Origin: Trichoplax adhaerens
Taxonomy: Eukaryota; Animalia; Placozoa
DNA length: 64,000 bases
Direction of reading: 5' to 3'
NCBI RefSeq assembly: GCF_000150275.1
Contig: NW_002060948.1
Span: 4,696,336-4,760,335, forward strand
Positions 54,436 to 64,000 of this stretch are shown in pieces; positions within the stretch are counted from its first letter, which is position 1, and the number at the start of each line of letters is the position of its first letter. Under the pieces are notes generated by a model. The model worked only from the letters and a program-made list of their open reading frames with translations. It was not told where the DNA came from and searched no databases. Position numbers and translations under genes: made by a program.

Positions 54436-57400
54436 TTACATATATTTAACTTTAACGCAAAATGTTTCTTCATTCTTATCATCTTCATCGTTAATAAAAA
54501 TAAAGATTTCCACAATATTTCGATCATCGCTAGGCAAGAATTTTAACCCAATCATGTGTGATCCGCCACCTTCAACCTGGTAAAATTAGATAAACTTGTT
54601 TTTTAATCTAATTTAAGCAATACATTTAGCCGATATCATCGAATTTGGTAACTCTGTACTAATTCCTTATGGTATTATAATTAAGAAGTGATTACTATTA
54701 CGACCAACCTCAATGAGGCCTTCGCGAAATTGTAACAAATCTTCACGATTGCATTTTAAACGAAATCTCTTTCGCATCGGATAAGGATTTGTAAAAGATA
54801 TTCTCTATAAGTAATAAACATGTCCAAGGCAATTACAATAAGTCAATAGTGTCGGTGTCTTTCGGCTACATCCTCCTTCATAATTATGTAGCTCATCTAT
54901 ATTTAACGGGCTAGAAATAATTTATATTCAAATGCAATTCGAATGGGACCAACCTTATTGGAGCTTTTACCAGCAACGATATTAATCTCAAACGCTTTAG
55001 AAATTATTGGTAATTTAACGGCTACGCAAACCAGCCAAGAGTGGACAAGTTGATGATACTCCGTATCTGTTATAGTGTTAAAATTGCAATAACGTTTAAC
55101 ACAACCTCAGCCAAACTAATTTCCTAATTAGTACTATTTGGTAGGTCAAGATGCCTGTCTGTCTCCGTTATAAACTAATCAACATTAAATTATAGTAGTG
55201 AAACTTACCAACGACGTTAATATACATAATTCTTTGACCTGATGATTTCGGTATTACTGTTACTATTAATTCGTGGACTGAATTGGCCATCAACATAAAT
55301 TCATTCGTTGGAGCGATCTAAAACGAAGACATATAGATAAAGTAGGTCATAACTGATTGGTTTCAGTGAATGGTTTTCTCCTATTAGAATATACTATATA
55401 GTATGGTATGGAATACAAATGATATAGGTTTCTATGGTTAACAATTATATCTTTAAATCAAATTAATTTTATCATTATCGATAAACCTTACCATTAATTC
55501 TGCCGGATGAGAAGAATAACATTGAATTAATCTTGACACCGGAGTCCCTCGTAATATCAACGACTGCTTTAATGTCTGCCCTTCTGTTGCACAAATATCG
55601 ACCCTAAATGAAGATGGATAAAAAAGACAAAATTACCATTAATGATATTAGCTGCAACTGCTTAACTTAATAATGATTTCGATAGTTTCAAGAATAAACA
55701 CCATCCTCATTATTCATGTGTTATTAAATTTTATAATTTCTATTCTTGCTACCTTTGCTGCGCGTGGATGAAGAATTGCCATGTCTGTATCGGTCTCGAT
55801 AAATAATTATCCCTATTATTTAAGAATCAAATTTCTTATTGCAAATAAATCGATTTTCGAAGTAATACTATTATAAACTTCAAATAATCTGAATATTAAT
55901 ATCATATATGAAATGAAATAGTAATTATTAATAAGATCATAAAATGCATGCTGTAATTTGTACGCATTTACTTCGTTTATATTACCAAACGTAGAACTAG
56001 GTTACTGGACTAAATCAATGAGCTTAGCATTGCTATAATCATAGCATGAACAATTAATATATAATGTTTGTCTATACCATGTACGCTACTCAATGTAGGT
56101 TATAACAATTGATCAGGTTTACGAATATTATAAATATTGTTTACCACAATCGTATATTCGTATCATCTTCAGAAAGTACGTGCTTGTATATAGTTTTATT
56201 CACGTATATCACTTAGTATGCACCACGTTATTAGACTAATACAATTGCAGACGTATCAATACTAAATTAATGAAACTCAATTCAAAGATTGTCAAGGGTA
56301 TTTAGATCTATTATTGGTGTATATAGTATGTGATTAGAACTATTGCAATTTATCCAATTTCTCAGTGATAATGGGTTAGCAAAATTTTACCACAGTATCA
56401 TTCTGTTAGCCATTATAAAAGTTTAGTGACTTACGAGAATAAAAGCAGATAGAATCGCTTAACACTTGGTGACTGACTGCATGCTACTTTCAGAAAAATG
56501 TCTTGTGGCTCTCCGGGAAACTACATATAATCACGACATACCCAAGATATTTCAAGTTGATAATCAGTAACATGGTACATCATGAGAAAAATGGAATGAG
56601 TCAGTAAAATTACATATATGGCAAAGAGATACCGAACATCAAAAAAATAAAAAAAAAAGACTTACTGTAGGTTTACTGTCACAAACAACATTTGGATCGC
56701 TGCACTTGACATATAATTGCTTTTGATCATCGACATCAGTCATAAAAGAACCACCTGATAGCCATTGGAACAAGGTATCATTAAAAATAACATTCAGGCA
56801 GAGAAATATTTCATAAGTTATCTATTTCTTTGCTAGGCTATTTCAGTTTGGTTGATCGTAGATTTGCTATGCTTTATTAATTATTTTAAGCAGATTTCTT
56901 AAATTTTTTTTAACCTGTATTAGAACGCCATGGTGGTAAACGAATAGAACGTTTAAAGAAAGAATTTTCAGGATGATAAAATCGAAATGTTTGATCAATA
57001 ATGTGCGGCTGAGGTTCCACATGTAAGGCTAAGATAGCTACCGGATTCTCGTTCGATTTCGTAACAAAACTGACCTAGATGTCCAAAGATTAGTTTTATT
57101 GTAGACAATTTATTCAAATAAGTCAATTAAAGCGTTTCTTAGCTAATTCATAGTTAATCGAGAAAATAATTTTATTTTAATACCTTAATTGTACGTGGTT
57201 GTATGCACGTAATTTTGCCTAATTGCTGTTTAAATTCTACTACCGACTGTGATGGTGGTTTGATCGATGCTACACTTTCCTACACATAGATTAAATTCAG
57301 TTAATGATAAAATTAAATACATAATCCATAATAAATTTAGCTCTATTATCGTAATAAGTTAAAATTTGTAGTTTTAATTGCTAAAATTTCCTCCGGAAAT

Positions 57401-60400
57401 TACTCGGACCAACTATACTAAGCTTAACCTGATCACGTGCTAAATGGTCAGCCCGAAAACTTTGAAACTTAAAAGGAATATTGACCACTTCTGATGGCTT
57501 CATAAATATTTCTGGATGTTGCCCTTGACTATCTTGATTGAACATGTTTTCTTCTAATGGTGTATGAACTTCATGGAGCTTCTTATAATGTCGCCATTCT
57601 CTCGAACTAGTTAAAATCCTACAGAGATTATTTAGTCATAGCGATCAAAATAACAATTTTAGCTCCATCAAACACATAAACATAGTACGAAGTTCAGCAA
57701 CAGTACAAATTGCGCGAACAACTCATAGACTGAGTATTAGTACGTTCTATAATTAATAAAACTCCCTATCTACGTACCTTAAATCGGGATCATCACATTT
57801 AATAATAATATTTTGTTCTTGATTGTATGGATTTTTAAATGAAAATTCGAAGAACTCTGCGCTACCAAAGGATGGATGAATAACATGGCGAGATGTGATA
57901 GCATCATATAATATATTGGTGATGCCTTCATGTTTAGACATTTCCCTATTCAAATTTCCAAGATAGAATAGTAAAAGAGTATTAATTTGCGATTGTTAAT
58001 CATAAATATGGTACAATTTATTTATATCAGCCACTTTAGAATATAAATTTAAAGTAGAAGTTTCTAGTGAACCTAAATTTTTCAACAGTTCTCATATCAC
58101 GTAATCGATTAACTTTCTCTTCATTTTGCACCTAGTCGTGACAGTAATCAATTCAATTTTGATATTAGTCAGGTGAGACAATAAAAAATGTCCAAGATAA
58201 CATTAATGAGTTACAGAATCTAGTTTGTTAACATACCAGACGAATATTTGTACTTTCACCCATGCTTGCCATATTTCTTCGAACTGCTTCCATTCTAGCC
58301 ATTTTTCTAATGAAAAATAAAGTATACAGATTTGAAAAAGATATTTATACTCGTACTGTCGTACACGTACACATTTTAACGAAAAGGTCCAATATCGCAA
58401 ATGTATTGAGATATGTATAATACATTGCACTACTCAAATTTTTATTCAGAAATTGAGGTTGTTGCCAAAGATATCGAGAGGTATCAAAATGATGCATTTA
58501 TATCTCAATGTTTAAAATGTTAGTGCAAGGGTGCAATACATATTTCTATTACTTCAAATATAGTATCTGTATATATTTGGCTAGGTCTCTCTCTTCATTA
58601 TATAAGTATAATATAAAGAGGCGCCTATAAACAAGCTTACATTCAATGCTGTATTTAACTAGTTTTGACTAATTCTATGACAACAATTACTATTAAGATA
58701 TCGTTGGAGCAATATTTTACTAATTTTTTTTTTCTGCGAAAAAAATAAACGTTGGTACCTTAATCGTGCTGCATCATTTTCTTTACCGGCTTCAGTTGGA
58801 TCATGAAGAGTTTTGGCTTTCCGCGTTAGCAGAGCAGACGCAAGTTCAGTACTACTTTCCGACAGCAGCTTTGCAGTTTTAATTAAACGTTGCTTAGATC
58901 CTAGATCAACATATACGAGTTTAAGCAACTTTAGAAACCGAACTAGATAACTCTGAAGATACGCTTTCGTTTAAATGGAATACATTTGCTTACCAGCCGT
59001 CTCATTTCTAATCTCTCCGCCTTTAGCAGTCACCGATGGAATAATTTTAGCTTTAGGAATGGGTTCCATGCCTAGATAATTATCGTTTTAAATAGAGAAA
59101 TGCTTACAAATGTATTTGAATAGCAAAATTTTTCCTTCAGAGAATTTGTATAGAGCAAAGAAATGGGCTGCTAAAGATTTCTGTAACGTCTTACGATTTT
59201 ATGATAACGCGGGAATAGCACTTTAAATATTTATTTAATATATCAGCCATACGTAATCATTATAATTATTTACCTCTTTTAGCTTTGTTAACGTCACTAA
59301 CATTGCCTATATTAGCTACTTTCATATGTAATTTGCCACGTAATCTTAACTTTGTCCCAACAGGTCTAATACTTCCTGTCCTACTCTGTTAATATTTAAC
59401 GGCAGCATAAGAAATCTCGTTATATTGCTAATTTCATTGAATTACTATCATAATAGTTTTCATTTTAGCCAGGATTATCCTGGTATTCCTTGAAGAAATA
59501 AATACTGAAATAGTAATACCGATAACTGTTATCTTTATTCTACCGTCATTAACTGTCTCGATTTTGAGTTTTGTAGTTATGGATTTACTATACAGTAATA
59601 ATTAATGATTACAGCCAACAACAATTTTGCTTTAATATAGTAGATAATTTTTAAACGTCAATTTGACAGTAGTACAAATAGACTTACTAAGTCTCCTGTT
59701 AAAATAGGAGCATCGCGATCATACTCAGTGGAAATAATATCTAGTTCAACGGCCATTTGAACAGCTTCTCGACCCTGCCGAACTAGATTCTATGATAATA
59801 AAAAGGAATCATTACGATTGAAAAGGTGCTATTTTTATTTAGTGCCCGTACTATCATCTCGCACCTTCAGACTTAATGACGTTGAACCAATTAATAGCAA
59901 TGAATCAGCATCCCATATATCGATATGAAGTGTATGAGCTCGTAGATATTGCGTAAATGTGAGATATTCATCGGGTTGCATAAAGGCTGGATCGATATTG
60001 AATGATAGCTATATATTTATTAAACAATAATGCACTTTTATTACGAGAATAAAAGACAAATAATAATCTTGATCTAATGCTTAAATTTTTGTTTGCTTGC
60101 TTTATGTACTGTTTACCTGGTAGCCAGGTGGTTCATCAGCAATACTTCCATCTTTATTTAGCCTTCGAAATATGCAAGGGACAGACAATGGATCTGTTAT
60201 GCTACTACCTCTACTTTCTTCTACTACTTTCAGCCTTGAAAGATGGCAATAAAATGCATAATCAGCAATACTTGCTAACAAATCTCATAAATAATTTATT
60301 TAAAAATCAGATATCAGTCGTTCATGAAGTAATACAATCCAAGCAATATTTTAATCATAAGGATATTAATGTAATGATTACAAAAAAAATTTCGTTATAT

Positions 60401-63400
60401 GACTTCTCCACGAAAGATTAGAAAAGATGATATAAGTAACTACAAAATTCAAATCGCTTACCTTTCAGAGATAATTTCAGGAAATCGATAAAATTGAAAC
60501 GAGAAGAACGTATGGCTGTGTGTCGACCTAGCAATAGTAAAAATATCGTCGAGTAAGAAATTTTACGGGTATGATTAGATAATGTTTAAAATTATTCAGT
60601 CTGTAATTGATAGATATATGCGTACTGCGCAACTATTACTATATACCGAAGGCTAGCATAAACTAGCTACATATGTTGACGTGGTTAGATTGAATAATTT
60701 TAAAACTTGGAAGTATGATATAAACGTATAACCATGCTTGAAAGTAAAGGGAAGCATTTCTATTTGCTTATAGTAGATTATAGCAACTAGCATGGGCCTC
60801 ATAATATAGATTGACAAGATTTAGGTTAGTGTATGCATAGTCCAGGGACGTATTTAAGCGATAGATGCTTGTAGATTATCATATACTGTAGCGGACTCTA
60901 ATGAACCAGTAATTACCAGCTCCACTTGATCTGTTCTTACGATATGTATACCTTGCTCTAGTAGACTGGGTGAACTATTTACTACGTTACTACAATCAGC
61001 CTTTCGTAACTTGAAATTCACTTGATATTTACGGTTGTACGCGTATTATGATACGGGCTCGTAATAAAAGCTAGATTATAGATAATTTACGTATAACATT
61101 GATATATTCTCTATACTACAACCAAAAGATGAAACAATGTTTCAATATCACATTTAAATGAAAATCTAAGGGTGACAGATATTAAACTGAAACTTGAATG
61201 GTTATTCTTATTTTTAAAATAACTGAGGCTACGAGGTCGCGGTAAAATCTTAAGTTATACAAAATAAGATAAAGGGATACAAAGATTTAGTAATAGGTAA
61301 AATAATCATGCATACTTTGTAAGGGCAAGAAATTGAAAAACAATTTCGTTACACTTTAATTGATCATGTTCTTCCAGGGCTGAATCGAATTGAATTTGAT
61401 CATTCACTCCAACTGGGGTAGGTGGCTGATCTAAGCGATCTTTAATGTCGGGAAATCCAGCCGCATATAATCGAGCATAAGCGGCTCTTGATAGAGTTAC
61501 TTGATGTCTAATACAAGATAGTATTTAATCTTTAAGCCATGTGTAGAAAATCAGCATAAATGAAACACACGAATATTTAAAAGATCCATTAATTAATTAA
61601 CAAAAGTAGTTATAGACTTACGTTCTTGACACAGATCCCGTTGCTAAGATCGGATAATCATGGCTTGGAGTATCTGGTACTTGCACTAACTCAGGGCTAT
61701 GTGCTACTATTCTAGGTGATTGTTTCTGTAAATTAAGTAGCAAATATCAATTGCTATACCCTCACCTGTAAATGCAACATTAATCTATAAAACCAACTTG
61801 CTAGAAACGATCTCGTGAGTATCTTACCTCATGGTACTCTTCATCAGCTAAATTGCCTACTCGCGAAATATTTTCATCAGGCTGATGTTGCGATACATTC
61901 CGTGGTCGCTGAAATAGTATGATTGATTGCAAAATTAACTTTTGATATCTTTAATTAATTCTAATTAATAACTGCAAAATGAAAATATAGATGAACGAGC
62001 TTCTGCATGTTGACTTACCTGTTGCACTTGTGCTTGTTGATGTGATAAGTTCGGCGATGATTTAGAGTTTCGACTTCTATAATATAAAAATGAAAATTCA
62101 TATTGATTTTATCTTAGTCAAAATTCCACGCGATCAGAAAATCTGTTTCGAATCATATCTGATCTTCCCTAACAACATGTACAAATCCATGACAGAATTA
62201 GGTCGAAAACAAGATTCTTTAGGCTGACATTATATTTTACGATAATCAAAATTTAAAAGGTATAAATAATACAAATGATTATAAGTAGCTAAGGAGTTGT
62301 GGATACCAGGCGAAATTCATGAAAACTTCACGTCAGCGACGTTTCATATATCTTAGATATTTGAAGAATAGACTCTAAACTACGGTAGACTATTCTTTAG
62401 TAACTGAATTTTTGGGATTATAAGCTGCTTTTAGCCAAAATAATATACATTCTAGATACTCAAAAGAACACCATTTTACTAGCAACTCTATTTTACACTC
62501 TATATATTCAAACTTACTTTGGTCCCTTCGGTAACGGAGGCTTACTACCAGGAGAACTTTTGCCATGAAAATGTAAGGCTGGATGTGATAGATAGTGATC
62601 ATCGTCATTACGATCTGGCGTTGAAACTTGACTATCATTACGAGACTGAAAGAATTGCGAATAAAGTCAGTTTATTTGCATTTATTTAATTTCATTATAA
62701 TAGATAGATATTCTTTTACCACTTTGTAGTAGTACCTGATTCGATTGAGAACGACGAAGGATTGGTGTAGCAGTAACAGTTCGAACTTCGCTTGAACGCT
62801 AGTTGTAAGATAGGTTACAGGTAAATTATATGTAAATGCTCAAGGTAACTCAATAGCAATCCAAATAGAACGTATTAACCCACCTTTGAATCATCTATGT
62901 AGGTAAAACTTAATTTTCCAATACCGATGTCGGTAATCTATTGATCAGGAAAAAAATCGACCATTTAAATTTAGTGTTTACGAAATTAATTAATTACGCT
63001 ACTAAAGTTTAAAGCAAGCTCTATATTAGTACTGATATTATTCATTCTTGTTACTTGGAAATACTCGTTTCGCATTAAAAAAATTTTCGGTTGTTTTAAG
63101 TAGCTTTAACTAAAGTCTTACGATGGAGCTAACATCCTTGATACTGTTATATCGTATAATACATACACATATTCTATCCGATGTCTATGAAAGACTAACA
63201 ATTTACGGTGCTTAAGTTCGTTATTTACAATTATAAGTTAACTACAGCCGCTGATTTATTATCAATATCCTTTCTTCTATCGTAAGAACTATTCCATCCT
63301 TACATCTGCATGCTCATTTGCCACATTTGTAAAGACTAATGTATTGTTTGGATTTGGACTTTTGCCGCCGATCATTTTTATTGATATACGATCGCCATTT

Positions 63401-64000
63401 CTTTTACTTGGACACCAGGCACACCATCTTATCGCCACAGCATAAGGCTGCTGATATTGTGTGTTCTATAATTGTTTTATTAAGTTGGGGATGAGCCAAT
63501 TAGAATCAACACTTAATATTTCTATCCCCATCACGAATTGAAGTTTTAACTCTATGTCATCTCCGAATATTACCTCTTTTGCAGACTGAGCAGGAGCTGG
63601 CTCTACAATAGTATATTCTAACTGGAAGACGATTGCATACATTTCGCTGTCTGCCATTTCTGTTAACTTTAACCGACTGCGTGCTACTAACGAATTACTA
63701 CCTCCACCAACTGATAGTCCTGAACTTGAAAATGAATGACGGCGTCCAGCTCGACTAGCTGGTGCCTGCTGACTATTATCTGGTTGGAGGTAAACAATCT
63801 GAGGTTCAGCTACATAACTCCAGCCGTTATGAATGCCAACCTAATAATTAAGGATAATGACAATGCAATTAATTCATCTCAGTTGAATTAAAATTTTCTA
63901 TAACTCAGTGCATGGATCATAAATTCTAAAATAAAAACAGCTTACGAGTAATTTTCTATCTTGAACGGACACATTCCTTCCATCGTGTGAAATCTTCAGC
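54436..64000 (-). CDS. NPHP4: Nephrocystin-4 (ciliary transition-zone protein), 5'-partial, multi-exon
   Basis: [137 protein letters not shown] (TAA 54438-54436). The gene continues past the window end. Confidence 0.92.

Overview
AT-rich, gene-dense eukaryotic DNA with many short GT-AG introns, from an early-branching animal, most likely a placozoan (Trichoplax-like; inferred from composition, intron size and gene content, not proven). Manual splicing supports 11 protein-coding genes: a GPI-anchored protein with two Frizzled-like cysteine-rich domains (+), an atypical agrin with six LamG domains (-), an unrecognised 193-aa acidic protein built from four exon-duplicated LxRxxTM repeats (+), MRPS14 (+), SCLY (-), ING4/5 (+), UBIAD1 (+), CPTP (-), INTS11 (+), SRM (-) and the 3' part of NPHP4 (-, runs off the window end). 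Most short ORFs in the supplied track are exon fragments or artefacts. Highlights: the repeat protein; (CAGTA/TACTG)n arrays upstream of nearly every gene start; linkage matching human 1p36, including the head-to-head CPTP/INTS11 pair; an AUG-less in-frame leader exon with a PPAPP motif on spermidine synthase; and a 39-bp near-perfect hairpin.
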